Positions 28,678 through 38,371 of a stretch of 64,000 nucleotides of DNA are shown here, one piece after another. The notes under the pieces were generated by a model. It was not told where the DNA came from and did not search any database. It saw nothing but the letters and a program-made list of their open reading frames with translations. Origin of the DNA: Oscillospiraceae bacterium. Its GTDB lineage: Bacteria > Bacillota > Clostridia > Oscillospirales > Oscillospiraceae. The position numbers and the translations under genes were made by a program. The stretch spans positions 23,506-87,505 of the forward strand of contig JAFXCL010000028.1 in assembly GCA_017521485.1 (NCBI GenBank), in the 5' to 3' direction. How positions within the stretch are numbered: the stretch's first letter is position 1; the number at the start of each line of letters is the position of its first letter.

Positions 28678-29610
28678 TTAGTTCCACAAACCGGTGGCGG
28701 GATATTTGCCTGCGTCGGTCAGCGCCTGGAGCGCAGCTACGACCATAGGTTTGTCGGCGGCATAGGTCACGCCGTACCACTTGTCCGCAGAGCGGAGCAC
28801 CTTAACGGTTGCCTTGCCGGCATGGAGCATACCCGCAACGGTGGTGGGCAGCAGGTATTCTGCTTTTTGGGGGTTGGCGGGAACTTTTTCATTCAAAAAT
28901 TCCGGCAGACCAGCCTGAAGTGCATCCAGGAAATCGGGGGTGAAGCCCCACATATTCATAGACACCGGGGTGTCCGCAGAAACGTCTACCCAGGTAGCGC
29001 CGTCATCTTCTGTATAGTGGATGCCGCCTTCGTACTTTTCAATCTTGGTCTGCTCTTCAATGGCAGTCAGATAGCCGTTTGCATCGGTGGTGCAAATGCC
29101 TCTTGCCACGCTGCCGTGGTCGGTGACGGTGTTGCCCAGCTGATAGCCCACCATACAGTAGGGGCTTACATCCCCTGCCTTGGCATTGCACAGGAAGTCA
29201 TAAATGACCTTGAAGGCATCCTTGCCGTAGTAATCGTCGGCGTTGATGACTGCAAAGGGTGCGCCGTCGATCTCATTTTTTGCGCAAAGCACGGCGTGGC
29301 TAGTGCCCCAGGGCTTTGTGCGGTCGGCAGGGATCACGAAGTCTGCGGGGATCTTTGTCAGCTCCTGATAAGCATAGCGGATCTCCATAGGACACTTTTT
29401 CAGGCGCTCGCCTACAGTCTCCATAAAGTCCTTGCGGATGGCTTCCTTAATAATAATGACCGCAGTTTCAAAGCCAGCCTCATGGGCATCGAACAGGGAG
29501 AAGTCCAAAATGGCTTCGCCGCAGCTGCCCACAGGATCGATCTGCTTCAGACCGCCGTAGCGGCTGCCCATACCTGCTGCCATAACAACCAGAACCGGTT
29601 TCTTTTGCAT
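28678..29610 (-). CDS. Sugar-phosphate nucleotidyltransferase family protein
   Basis: MAAGMGSRYGGLKQ, KPWGT.HA and VINADDYYG motifs. Confidence 0.88.
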   Translation of the reverse strand: MQKKPVLVVMAAGMGSRYGGLKQIDPVGSCGEAILDFSLFDAHEAGFETAVIIIKEAIRKDFMETVGERLKKCPMEIRYAYQELTKIPADFVIPADRTKPWGTSHAVLCAKNEIDGAPFAVINADDYYGKDAFKVIYDFLCNAKAGDVSPYCMVGYQLGNTVTDHGSVARGICTTDANGYLTAIEEQTKIEKYEGGIHYTEDDGATWVDVSADTPVSMNMWGFTPDFLDALQAGLPEFLNEKVPANPQKAEYLLPTTVAGMLHAGKATVKVLRSADKWYGVTYAADKPMVVAALQALTDAGKYPATGLWN

Positions 29611-29730
29611 AATTATGTACCTCCAGAGTAGTAAGGATATTTACATTATAACACACTGGAAGAAAAAGGCAAGTGCCCTCATTATTTTTCGTTCGTTCGG
29701 ATAAAAACAAAGGTGATTTTTAACATCCGG

Positions 29731-29759
29731 TTGACATTTCCTTGCTGCCGTGATAATAT
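29731..29759 (+). promoter_or_regulatory. Sigma-A promoter upstream of riboswitch
   Basis: TTGACA-N17-TAATAT with TG extension. Confidence 0.7.
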
Positions 29760-29779
29760 TTTTCTGTTAAATATATCCT

Positions 29780-29863
29780 ATAAGGGAGTAGCGAGCGCAA
29801 ATATGCGTAGCTTGTCAACATTCCGGTCGTAAGACCTGGCTGGCTTTCAATCGCGAGACTTAT
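29780..29863 (+). ncRNA. yybP-ykoY (Mn2+) riboswitch
   Basis: AAGGGAGUAGC...GUCAACAU...GCGAGACUU conserved blocks; hairpin plus U-tract at about 29894-29927; upstream of a cation antiporter. Confidence 0.85.
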
Positions 29864-29958
29864 GTATTTTTGTGCATAAATCCCTGAGGAAGCTTCCGCT
29901 CGGCTTTATGCCAAGCGGTTTTTTTGTTGGCATACTATAATTAAAAGGAGTTTTTGTT

Positions 29959-30990
29959 ATGATCCAAGCATTCTTTTCCTGGTATAATGGCCTGACCGAT
30001 TCCCTCATCGGCTCACTTGCGCTGTTTGCAGTGGGCCTGGTGCTGCTGATCAAGGGCGGCGACTGGTTCGTCGACAGCGCAACGGGCATTGCCAAGCGCT
30101 TCCGTGTTCCGGAGATTATTATCGGTGCAACCGTAGTTTCCATCGGCACGACCTTGCCGGAGGTTATGGTGTCTGCCACAGCGGCAATGAACCAGAACGG
30201 CGCCATCGCTTACGGCAACGCCATCGGCTCGATCATCTGCAACACTGCGTTGATCTCCGCCCTGACCATTGCCATCCGTCCTGCCCCTGTGAACCGGAAA
30301 GCGATTGTAATGCCGGTGATCTTCTTCTTTGTATCTGCTGCTATCTATCTGATTGCTGCCTACGGTTTCGGTTCTTTTGACCGCTGGCTGGGCATTGTGA
30401 TGCTGCTGGTCTTTGCGGTGTATATGACCATAACCATCCGTCAGGGCTTTAAGAACCCGGTTTCTGCCGATGCACACGAGGAAGAAGAGGAAGAAAAGCA
30501 AGGCTCTTTGCTGGCAGAGGTTCTGCTGCTGATCGTCAGCGCCGGTCTCATCGCTGTGGGCGCGGATATGCTGGAGGGCTCTTCTGTTTCCCTTGCTACC
30601 ATGGCAGGCATCCCCACAGAGGTTGTGGGTGTTACCATTGTGGCTCTGTGCACCAGCCTGCCGGAGCTGGTAACGGCGATCACCGCACTGGCAAAGGGAC
30701 ACGGCGCACTGTCTCTGGGCAACATCATCGGTGCGAATATCTTCAATCTGGTGCTGGTGAGCGGTGTGGCAGTTACCCTTTCTCCCTTTACCGTTCCCGA
30801 GGGAAGCACCATTTTCGGTCAGAACACCTCTCTGGTAATGGAGATCCCTGTGATGATCGGTGTTATGGCACTGATGACACTGCCGGCAGTGTTCAAAAAG
30901 AAGCTGTTCCGCTGGCAGGGTCTTGCACTGCTGGGCATTTATGTGGCATTTGTGGTGCTGCAGGTGCTGATCGCATTGCACAAAATCTAA
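29959..30990 (+). CDS. Ca2+/Na+ antiporter (CaCA family)
   Basis: Two alpha repeats GTTLPE / CTSLPE, GNAIGS / GNIIGAN, acidic central loop. Confidence 0.92.
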   Translation: MIQAFFSWYNGLTDSLIGSLALFAVGLVLLIKGGDWFVDSATGIAKRFRVPEIIIGATVVSIGTTLPEVMVSATAAMNQNGAIAYGNAIGSIICNTALISALTIAIRPAPVNRKAIVMPVIFFFVSAAIYLIAAYGFGSFDRWLGIVMLLVFAVYMTITIRQGFKNPVSADAHEEEEEEKQGSLLAEVLLLIVSAGLIAVGADMLEGSSVSLATMAGIPTEVVGVTIVALCTSLPELVTAITALAKGHGALSLGNIIGANIFNLVLVSGVAVTLSPFTVPEGSTIFGQNTSLVMEIPVMIGVMALMTLPAVFKKKLFRWQGLALLGIYVAFVVLQVLIALHKI

Positions 30991-31158
30991 ATAAAGAGAA
31001 CGCACAGCTTCGGCTGTGCGTTCTTTTTTTAATGCAGGCGGATTTTAATTGTAGGGGCGGGGCACTGTGAACTTTTTGCAAAAATGACGGTTTTTTCTTG
31101 CGCTTTGTTCCCGGGGTGCTATAATAATAGCAGGAATTGTAAAAAGAGGGTGATCCCA

Positions 31159-32040
31159 GTGAAAAAAATGTTATTTGTGATGAATCCCAATGCAGGTACG
31201 CGGAAGGCAAAGCGCTATCTGGCAGATATTCTTGGGGTGTTCAACCGGGCGGATTATCAGGTGGAAGTGTATATGACCGCCTGTCAGGGCGACGGGGAAG
31301 CGGCAGTTATCCGGCGGGCAAAGGATCAGGATCTGATCGTTTGCTGCGGCGGTGACGGAACATTCAATGAAACCGTATCCGGCTTGATGAAAACCGGTCT
31401 GGATATTCCTGTGGGTTATATTCCAGCCGGCTCTACCAATGATTTTGCAAAGGCACTGGGGCTGAGCCAAAAAATAGTGGACGCTGCAAAGCAGATCGTA
31501 AACGGCGAAGGGGTGAAGGTGGATTTGGGCCGGTTCGGTAGCCGGTATTTTACCTATGTGGCCTCCTTTGGGGTGTTCACCCGCACAAGCTATGCCACGC
31601 CCCAGAATGTGAAAAACGCCCTGGGTCACACCGCCTATTTGCTGGAGGGCATTTCGGAGCTGTCCCAGATCCGGAAAGTGCCCATAAAAATGGAGATCGA
31701 CGGGGAGGTCGTAGAGGACAATTTCCTGTTCGGTGCGATCTGCAACTCTACCAGCATCGGCGGAATTTTGACCTTAGATCCCAAGCAGGTGGATTTAACC
31801 GACGGAAAATTTGAAGTCCTGCTGGTGCGCGCCCCCCGGGATCTTTCCGAGATCGGCGAATGTATTCAGGCAGTGCAGAAGCAGGTGTATAACTGCAAAA
31901 TGATCACCTTCCGCAGTGCGTCAATCGTGAAGATCACTGCTCCGGAGAGTATGTCCTGGACGCTGGACGGGGAGCGGGCAGAGGGACAGGATCTTATAGA
32001 AGTGGAAAATCTGCACCACGCCATAAAAATTATGAAATGA
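31159..32040 (+). CDS. Diacylglycerol/lipid kinase family protein (second paralog)
   Basis: NPNAG, GGDGTFNE, PAGSTNDFA and LDGE motifs; GTG start. Confidence 0.9.
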   Translation: MKKMLFVMNPNAGTRKAKRYLADILGVFNRADYQVEVYMTACQGDGEAAVIRRAKDQDLIVCCGGDGTFNETVSGLMKTGLDIPVGYIPAGSTNDFAKALGLSQKIVDAAKQIVNGEGVKVDLGRFGSRYFTYVASFGVFTRTSYATPQNVKNALGHTAYLLEGISELSQIRKVPIKMEIDGEVVEDNFLFGAICNSTSIGGILTLDPKQVDLTDGKFEVLLVRAPRDLSEIGECIQAVQKQVYNCKMITFRSASIVKITAPESMSWTLDGERAEGQDLIEVENLHHAIKIMK

Positions 32041-32049
32041 GGAGAAAGA

Positions 32050-32517
32050 ATGCTCCATACGACCCTTTGTTATATCCTCCGGGGAGACCAGGTGCTGATG
32101 CTCCACCGGACGAAGAAAGAAAATGACATCAATAAAGACAAATGGATCGGCATTGGCGGAAAGTTTCAGGAGGGGGAATCTCCCGATGCCTGCCTTCTTC
32201 GGGAGGCAAAAGAAGAAACCGGACTGACATTGACCCGCTGGCAGTGCCGGGGCATCGTCACATTCCTGTCCGATCAGGCGCAGGGGGAGTATATGTACCT
32301 GTTTACTGCCGATGATTACGAAGGGGAACTGAAGGAATGTGATGAGGGAGAGCTCCGGTGGATCAGCCGGGATTTTCTCGACGAGCTTCCCAAGTGGGAG
32401 GGCGATCAGATATTTTTGGAGCTGCTGTGGGAAAATGCCCCCTTCTTCTTGCTGACCCTCCGCTACACCGGGGATAAATTACAGGAAGCGATCTTAAACG
32501 GAGAGAGGATCAGATAA
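32050..32517 (+). CDS. NUDIX hydrolase (8-oxo-dGTPase, MutX/MutT-like)
   Basis: GGK...GESP..C..RE..EETGL Nudix box; C.EG.L.W; WEGD. Confidence 0.88.
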   Translation: MLHTTLCYILRGDQVLMLHRTKKENDINKDKWIGIGGKFQEGESPDACLLREAKEETGLTLTRWQCRGIVTFLSDQAQGEYMYLFTADDYEGELKECDEGELRWISRDFLDELPKWEGDQIFLELLWENAPFFLLTLRYTGDKLQEAILNGERIR

Positions 32518-33171
32518 ATGGAAATCTGTGATATTTTAGCAAAATGCGACCATACCCTGCTGAGCACCACCGCCACCTGGGAACAGATCAAAAAGCTTTG
32601 CGACGAGGGCATGGAATTTGGTACGGCTTCGGTGTGCATTCCGGCTAGTTATGTAAACCGGGCGAAAGAATATGTGGGGGAAAGGTTAGCAATCTGTACG
32701 GTGATCGGCTTTCCCAACGGCTACGACACCACTCAGGCGAAATGCTTTATGGCATCCGACGCGGTAGACAAGGGCGCAGACGAAATCGATATGGTGATCA
32801 ATCTGGGCTGGGTCAAGGACGGTGCGTTTGACAAAGTTCTGCAGGAGATCAGGGCAGTGAAAGAAGCCTGCAAGGGAAGGCTTTTGAAGGTCATCATCGA
32901 AACCTGCCAGCTTACGAAAGAAGAAAAGATCGAAATGTGCCGGGTGGTTACCCAGTCCGGCGCGGACTATATTAAAACCTCCACCGGCTTTTCCACCGGC
33001 GGCGCAACGGCTGAGGACGTTGCCCTGTTTACAGAGCATGTGGGGGAAAATGTGAAGATCAAAGCCGCCGGCGGCATTGCTAGCCTTGCAGACGCGGAGG
33101 AATTTATCCGCCTGGGCGCGGACAGATTAGGCACTTCAAGAATTGTAAAAATTGCCAAAGGCAAAGTTTAA
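32518..33171 (+). CDS. deoC: Deoxyribose-phosphate aldolase
   Basis: [32 protein letters not shown] and RLGTS motifs. Confidence 0.96.
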   Translation: MEICDILAKCDHTLLSTTATWEQIKKLCDEGMEFGTASVCIPASYVNRAKEYVGERLAICTVIGFPNGYDTTQAKCFMASDAVDKGADEIDMVINLGWVKDGAFDKVLQEIRAVKEACKGRLLKVIIETCQLTKEEKIEMCRVVTQSGADYIKTSTGFSTGGATAEDVALFTEHVGENVKIKAAGGIASLADAEEFIRLGADRLGTSRIVKIAKGKV

Positions 33172-33176
33172 TTAAA

Positions 33177-33209
33177 AATTGACAATTGTCCATTATCAAT
33201 TGTCAATTG
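33177..33209. repeat. Heptamer repeat tract
   Basis: AATTGACAATTGTCCATTATCAATTGTCAATTG. Confidence 0.7.
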
Positions 33210-33231
33210 CAGATGCGAAGGAGGATGCATT

Positions 33232-33975
33232 ATGTTAACTACTCCCACCCCCCATATCAGCGCAAAGCCCGGTGATTTCGGCAAGACAGTGCTCATGCCC
33301 GGTGACCCCTTGCGCTCCAAATTCATTGCAGAAAACTTTCTGGAAAACCCGGTGCTGGTGAACAATGTCCGGGGCGTTCAGGGCTACACCGGCTATTATA
33401 AAGGGGTGAAGGTGTCGGTAATGGCGTCCGGTATGGGTATGCCTGCCATCGGCATCTACTCCCACGAGCTTTATAACGCCTACGGTGTGGAAAACATCAT
33501 CCGGGTAGGCTCGGCGGGCGCCATTCAGGAGCATATCAACCTCTACGATCTGGTGATCGGTCAGGGCGCTTGCACCGACTCGAATTTTGCTTCCCAGTTC
33601 CACCTGCCCGGCACCTTTGCCCCCATTGCGTCCTTTGAGCTTTTGTCTGCGGCGGTAGAGGCGGCAAAGGCAAACGGTGCAATTTACCATGTGGGCAATA
33701 TCAATTCCTCCGATGTGTTCTACGGCGATCACACGGGTGTGCCGGAGGGGCTGGACAGTGTGTATGCCCTGAAGAAAATGGGCGTGCTGGCACTGGAAAT
33801 GGAGGCGGCGGCGCTGTATATGAACGCCGCCCGCTATGGCAAACGGGCACTGTGTATCTGCACCGTTTCCGACCATATCCTCACCGGTCAGGAGACCACT
33901 TCCGAAGAACGGCAAACCGCCTTTACCACCATGATGAAGGTGGCATTAGATGTTGCAGTGGCAATGGAAAATTGA
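33232..33975 (+). CDS. deoD: Purine-nucleoside phosphorylase (DeoD type)
   Basis: [24 protein letters not shown] and EMEAA motifs. Confidence 0.96.
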   Translation: MLTTPTPHISAKPGDFGKTVLMPGDPLRSKFIAENFLENPVLVNNVRGVQGYTGYYKGVKVSVMASGMGMPAIGIYSHELYNAYGVENIIRVGSAGAIQEHINLYDLVIGQGACTDSNFASQFHLPGTFAPIASFELLSAAVEAAKANGAIYHVGNINSSDVFYGDHTGVPEGLDSVYALKKMGVLALEMEAAALYMNAARYGKRALCICTVSDHILTGQETTSEERQTAFTTMMKVALDVAVAMEN

Positions 33976-33984
33976 AAACGAATA

Positions 33985-34057
33985 GGGACGATGTGGGCAT
34001 CGTCCCCTACACGCACCATCGATAGATATTCGTAGGGGCGGATGCCCACATCCGCCC
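33985..34057. repeat. Pair of GTAG REP-like palindromes with CGATAGATATT spacer
   Basis: GGGACGATG...CATCGTCCCCTAC ... GTAGGGGCGGATG...CATCCGCCC. Confidence 0.75.
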
Positions 34058-34107
34058 TTTATACAATTCGTCCGTAAAACGGACACATTTAAAAAGTAGG
34101 TGCGGTA

Positions 34108-35289
34108 ATGAAACGAATTTTTTTAATCGTGCTGGATTCTTTCGGCATTGGCGCAATGCCGGATAGCAATGATTTTGGAGACAAAGATGTCAACACCCTG
34201 CGTTCCTGTGCCGCTACAGGAAAGCTTCATATTCCCAATCTGATAAAAGCAGGTCTGGGGAGCATTGACGGCGTGGACTGCCTGCCCAAAGAAACTTCTC
34301 CCACCGGCGCATACGGACGGCTGTTGGAACGCTCCCAAGGCAAGGATACCACCATCGGTCACTGGGAAATTGCGGGGATCGTTTCGGCTACCCCTTTGCC
34401 CACCTATCCGGAGGGTTTCCCGGAGGAAGTGTTAGCACCTTTCCGGGAACAGACAGGCCGGAGCGTTCTTGCCAATGCACCCTGGTCCGGCACGGCAGTC
34501 ATTGAAAAATATGGCGCGGAACATATGAAAACCGGAGATCTGATCGTGTACACTTCCGCAGATTCCGTGTTCCAGATCGCCGCCCATGAGGATATTGTTC
34601 CGCCGGAGCAGCTTTACGAATACTGCCGCATTGCCCGGAAAATTTTGCAGGGCAGGCACGCCGTGGGCAGAGTGATCGCCCGGCCCTTTGTGGGCACGCC
34701 GGGCAATTTCAAACGGACCGCAAACCGCCACGATTTTTCCTTAGAGCCTCCCAAAACCACCCTTTTGGATGCGGTCAAAAAAGCAGGTCTTCAGAGCATC
34801 GGTGTGGGAAAGATCCACGATATTTTCGCAGGCAGGGGTCTGACGGAATCTGTGTATAATCAAAGTAACGCAGATGGAATGAAGCACACAATGGATTACG
34901 CCAAAAAGGATTGGGCGGGTTTGTGCTTTGTGAATCTGGTGGACTTTGATATGCTCTACGGCCACCGCCGGGATGCAGAAGGCTACGCCGCCGCCCTTTC
35001 GGAATTTGATAGGTGGCTGGGTGATTTTCTAAAAGAAATCGGTCCGGAGGATGCTTTGATCATCACAGCAGACCACGGCTGTGACCCTGCCTACACCGAA
35101 AGCACCGACCACACCAGAGAGTATGTACCGGTGCTTGTGCTGGGGGAAAAAGTTGAGCCTGTAAATTTAGGAACAAGAAACACCTTTGCAGATATCGCCG
35201 CCACGGTGGCAGAGATGCTGGATGTTCCCCTGGACACCCCCGGCAGGGCGTTGCCAATTGAAAATGGACAATTGAAAATGGACAATTGA
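34108..35289 (+). CDS. deoB: Phosphopentomutase
   Basis: VLDSFGIG, GKDT..GHWE, YTSADSVFQ, NLVDFD..YGHRRD, TADHGCDP and DHTRE motifs. Confidence 0.96.
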   Translation: MKRIFLIVLDSFGIGAMPDSNDFGDKDVNTLRSCAATGKLHIPNLIKAGLGSIDGVDCLPKETSPTGAYGRLLERSQGKDTTIGHWEIAGIVSATPLPTYPEGFPEEVLAPFREQTGRSVLANAPWSGTAVIEKYGAEHMKTGDLIVYTSADSVFQIAAHEDIVPPEQLYEYCRIARKILQGRHAVGRVIARPFVGTPGNFKRTANRHDFSLEPPKTTLLDAVKKAGLQSIGVGKIHDIFAGRGLTESVYNQSNADGMKHTMDYAKKDWAGLCFVNLVDFDMLYGHRRDAEGYAAALSEFDRWLGDFLKEIGPEDALIITADHGCDPAYTESTDHTREYVPVLVLGEKVEPVNLGTRNTFADIAATVAEMLDVPLDTPGRALPIENGQLKMDN

Positions 35290-35461
35290 CAATTATCCCA
35301 AGGTACGATAGATATTCCTATCTTCCGAAAACCGTGTCATCGCGAAGGTGCGTCAGCACCTGTGGCGATCTCCGGGGCATCGAAAATGCACAGTCAAATT
35401 GGTGCGGAGATTGCCACGCCCCGATGGGGCTCGCAATGACACAAAAGTACGATAGATATTT
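35255..35461. repeat. Composite element: heptamer tract, GTACGATAGATATT direct repeats and two-armed GTCAT...ATGAC palindrome (35334-35442)
   Basis: Directly visible; same module order as 12882-13070 on the opposite strand. Confidence 0.75.
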
Positions 35462-35477
35462 ATACGGGAGGGAAAAT

Positions 35478-35873
35478 ATGAAACCTGAAAAGCTGATCGA
35501 ACTGGCAAAACAGGCAATGGAAAATGCCTATGCCCCCTATTCCGGCTACAAGGTGGGCGCGGCGCTTCTGTGCGCCGACGGCACAGTATACACCGGCTGC
35601 AACATTGAAAACGCCGCCTATTCCCCCACGGTCTGCGCCGAGCGCACCGCCGTTTTCAAGGCGGTCAGCCAGGGATGCCGGGAATTTACCGCCATTGCCA
35701 TCTGCGGCGGCAAAAATGGGGAGATCACCGGCTTCTTTCCCCCTTGCGGTGTATGCCGTCAGGTGCTGCGGGAATTTTGCAAGGACGACTTTGCGGTTTA
35801 CTTAGCAGGTCCGGCCGGTCAGTATCAGACCCGCACTCTGGCACAGCTCCTTCCGGACAGCTTTTCCTTGTAA
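35478..35873 (+). CDS. cdd: Cytidine deaminase
   Basis: YAPYS..KVGAA, GCNIENA, CAER.A and PCGVCRQ motifs; ATG 35478 after GGAGG. Confidence 0.95.
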   Translation: MKPEKLIELAKQAMENAYAPYSGYKVGAALLCADGTVYTGCNIENAAYSPTVCAERTAVFKAVSQGCREFTAIAICGGKNGEITGFFPPCGVCRQVLREFCKDDFAVYLAGPAGQYQTRTLAQLLPDSFSL

Positions 35874-35890
35874 AAATATGGAAAAAGCCC

Positions 35891-36005
35891 TTGCTTTTTG
35901 GTGAAAATAAAGGTATACTGATAGACAGAATACAAATTCGAAAGACAGGAGGAAATGTTAGCGAAAACCATCGCCGACCTTTCCTCTTTTTTTGGATTTC
36001 GTTCG
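35891..36005 (+). promoter_or_regulatory. Promoter and long leader hairpin upstream of uracil permease
   Basis: TTGCTT-N17-TATACT; stem GAGGAAATGTTAGCGA/TCGCCGACCTTTCCTC followed by T-run. Confidence 0.5.
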
Positions 36006-36038
36006 AAAAGAAACCTATATCAGGAGGAAAAGAGAAAA

Positions 36039-37373
36039 ATGAATTTGGTCTACGGCATCAAAGACAAGCCCAAGTTCGGCCAGCTGCTGATTTTTGCATT
36101 CCAGCAGGTTCTGGCAATCTTGGCAGCAACCATCCTTGTCCCCGCGATTATCGGTAACGGCATGAGCCAGTCCGCCGCCCTGTTCGGCGCAGGCATCGGC
36201 ACACTGGTCTATCAGCTGTTCACAAAGTTCAAGAGCCCTGTTTACTTAGGCTCTTCCTTCGCATTCATCGGCTCTATGTTTGCAGCCTTCGGCGGTGCAG
36301 CTTCTGCTTCTGCCGGCTATGCAGGACTGATCGTTGGCGCGATCTTTGCAGGTCTTGTGTATGTGGTGATCGCACTGGTTATCAAGATTGCCGGTGTTAA
36401 GTGGATCAATAAGCTGATGCCCCCTGTGGTCATCGGACCTACCGTTGCTCTGATCGGTCTTTCTCTGGCAGTCAATGCCGTAAACGACCTGACTGTGGGC
36501 AAGGTTATGGTGGACGGCGTTTCCGCCTGCAGCCCCTATGTGGCACTGATCGTGGGTATCATCACATTGTTCTCCATTTTCGCATTCTCCGTTTATGGCA
36601 AGGGTATGATCAAGCTGATTCCCTTTGTTCTGGGCATTCTGGTTGGCTATGTTGCAGCCTCCATTTTCACTGTGATCGGCATTGCTACCGACAATATTGC
36701 TCTGCAGGTCATCAACTTCGCAGCATTTAAGGAAATGACCATCTTCGCAATTCCTGACTTCAGCTTCCTGGAAGCGATGAAGGGCGTCAAGGAAATCGAC
36801 GGCACATTCATCGCCACTGTTGCGGTTGCTTATGTGCCTGTTGCATTCGTTGTGTTCGCTGAGCACATTGCTGACCACAAGAACCTGTCCTCCATCATCG
36901 GTCAGGATCTGCTGGAAGAGCCTGGCCTGCACCGCACACTGCTGGGTGACGGCATTGGTTCTATGGCTGGCGCATTTTTCGGCGGCTGCCCCAACACCAC
37001 CTACGGCGAGTCCGTCGGCTGTGTTGCCATCACCCGCAATGCTTCCGTTATCACCATCACCACCGCAGCGATTATGTGTCTGGTGATCTCCTTCTTCGGC
37101 CCCTTCGTCACCTTCCTGTCCTCCATTCCCAACTGCGTAATGGGCGGCGTTTGCGTGGCACTGTACGGCTTCATTGCTGTTTCCGGTCTGAAGATGATCC
37201 AGCAGGTCAACCTGAATGCAGGCAAGAACCTGTTCGTGGTTTCTGCGATCTTGATCCCCGGCATCGGCGGTCTGAGCGTGTCCTTCGGTAAGGTCACCCT
37301 CACCACCATCGCCTGCGCACTGATCCTGGGCATCCTGGCAAATGTGATGCTTAGCAAGGGCGCTGAGGACTGA
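36039..37373 (+). CDS. uraA: Uracil/xanthine permease (NCS2 family)
   Basis: YLGSSFAFI, EHIADH and PNTTYGE.VG NAT signature; ATG 36039 after AGGAGG. Confidence 0.88.
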   Translation: MNLVYGIKDKPKFGQLLIFAFQQVLAILAATILVPAIIGNGMSQSAALFGAGIGTLVYQLFTKFKSPVYLGSSFAFIGSMFAAFGGAASASAGYAGLIVGAIFAGLVYVVIALVIKIAGVKWINKLMPPVVIGPTVALIGLSLAVNAVNDLTVGKVMVDGVSACSPYVALIVGIITLFSIFAFSVYGKGMIKLIPFVLGILVGYVAASIFTVIGIATDNIALQVINFAAFKEMTIFAIPDFSFLEAMKGVKEIDGTFIATVAVAYVPVAFVVFAEHIADHKNLSSIIGQDLLEEPGLHRTLLGDGIGSMAGAFFGGCPNTTYGESVGCVAITRNASVITITTAAIMCLVISFFGPFVTFLSSIPNCVMGGVCVALYGFIAVSGLKMIQQVNLNAGKNLFVVSAILIPGIGGLSVSFGKVTLTTIACALILGILANVMLSKGAED

Positions 37374-37389
37374 TCCTGAAAAAAGCTAC

Positions 37390-37425
37390 CGGGCGTGCAG
37401 GGAAATCCTTGCACGCCCGATTTTA
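37390..37425 (+). terminator. Intrinsic terminator
   Basis: CGGGCGTGCAGGG-AAA-TCCTTGCACGCCCG-ATTTT. Confidence 0.65.
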
Positions 37426-37456
37426 TGCCAAACCAATGTAGAAAGGAGAAAGGCAA

Positions 37457-38305
37457 ATGGAGCTGGAGCATATTGCAGGTCGCAGTGGGCGGCTGTCTTC
37501 CTTTTTGCGGGAAGAAATGGGGATGTCTGTTGGGCTTATAAACCGCCTGAAATGGCAGGAAAAGCTATTTGTAAACGGTGTGCCGCAGCATACAGATTTT
37601 TCTGTAGCACCCGGGGATATTATCACCGTGCCGCTGGACGAGGAAACGCCCCAGTATCCGGCAGAAGTCGAGCCGATCTCCATACTCTATGAGGACGAAC
37701 ACCTGCTGGCGGTGGACAAGCCTGCTGGAATGCTGATCCACCCCTCCCGCAGTAAGCTCACCGGCACACTGGCAAACCGGGTGCTGGGCTATTATCAGCA
37801 GACCGGGCAAAATTGCGCCTTGCATCCCGTGACCCGGCTGGACCGGGATACCTTCGGCATCGTTCTGCTGGGGAAAAATTCCCACATCCACCGGCTTTTG
37901 CAGGGGACGGATATGATAAAAACCTACCACGCCCGCACCTTTACAGGACCGGAAAGGGATGCCGGCGTGATCGATGCCCCCATTGCCCGCAAGCCTCTGC
38001 CCAGTCTCCTGCGGGAGGTTTCCCCGGAGGGAAAGCCCTCCCGGACAGAATATCAGGTGCTGGAGCGGGGAGAGTGCTGTCTTCTTGCATTGCGCCCGGT
38101 CACCGGGCGTACCCACCAGCTGCGTGTTCACTGTGCCTATTTGGGCTTTCCCATTTTGGGAGACCCACAATACGGCAATGCGGCATCCCAAAAAGTCTCT
38201 AAGGAGCTAGGCTTACAGACCCAGCTGCTTTGCGCCAAAAAAATAGAATTTACCCACCCCATCACTGGAGAAAAGCTTTGCTTATCCTCCCAGATGGATG
38301 TATAA
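37457..38305 (+). CDS. RluA-family pseudouridine synthase
   Basis: VDKPAGM, RLDRDT.G, TGRTHQLRVH and GDPQYG motifs. Confidence 0.92.
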   Translation: MELEHIAGRSGRLSSFLREEMGMSVGLINRLKWQEKLFVNGVPQHTDFSVAPGDIITVPLDEETPQYPAEVEPISILYEDEHLLAVDKPAGMLIHPSRSKLTGTLANRVLGYYQQTGQNCALHPVTRLDRDTFGIVLLGKNSHIHRLLQGTDMIKTYHARTFTGPERDAGVIDAPIARKPLPSLLREVSPEGKPSRTEYQVLERGECCLLALRPVTGRTHQLRVHCAYLGFPILGDPQYGNAASQKVSKELGLQTQLLCAKKIEFTHPITGEKLCLSSQMDV

Positions 38306-38324
38306 TCAACCTTCCGTTTTCAAT

Positions 38325-38364
38325 AAAAAATCAGGGCGTGCTGCGCAACACGCCCTGATTTTTA
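38325..38364. terminator. Bidirectional terminator
   Basis: AAAAAATCAGGGCGTG...CACGCCCTGATTTTT. Confidence 0.8.
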
Positions 38365-38371
38365 TTATGTC

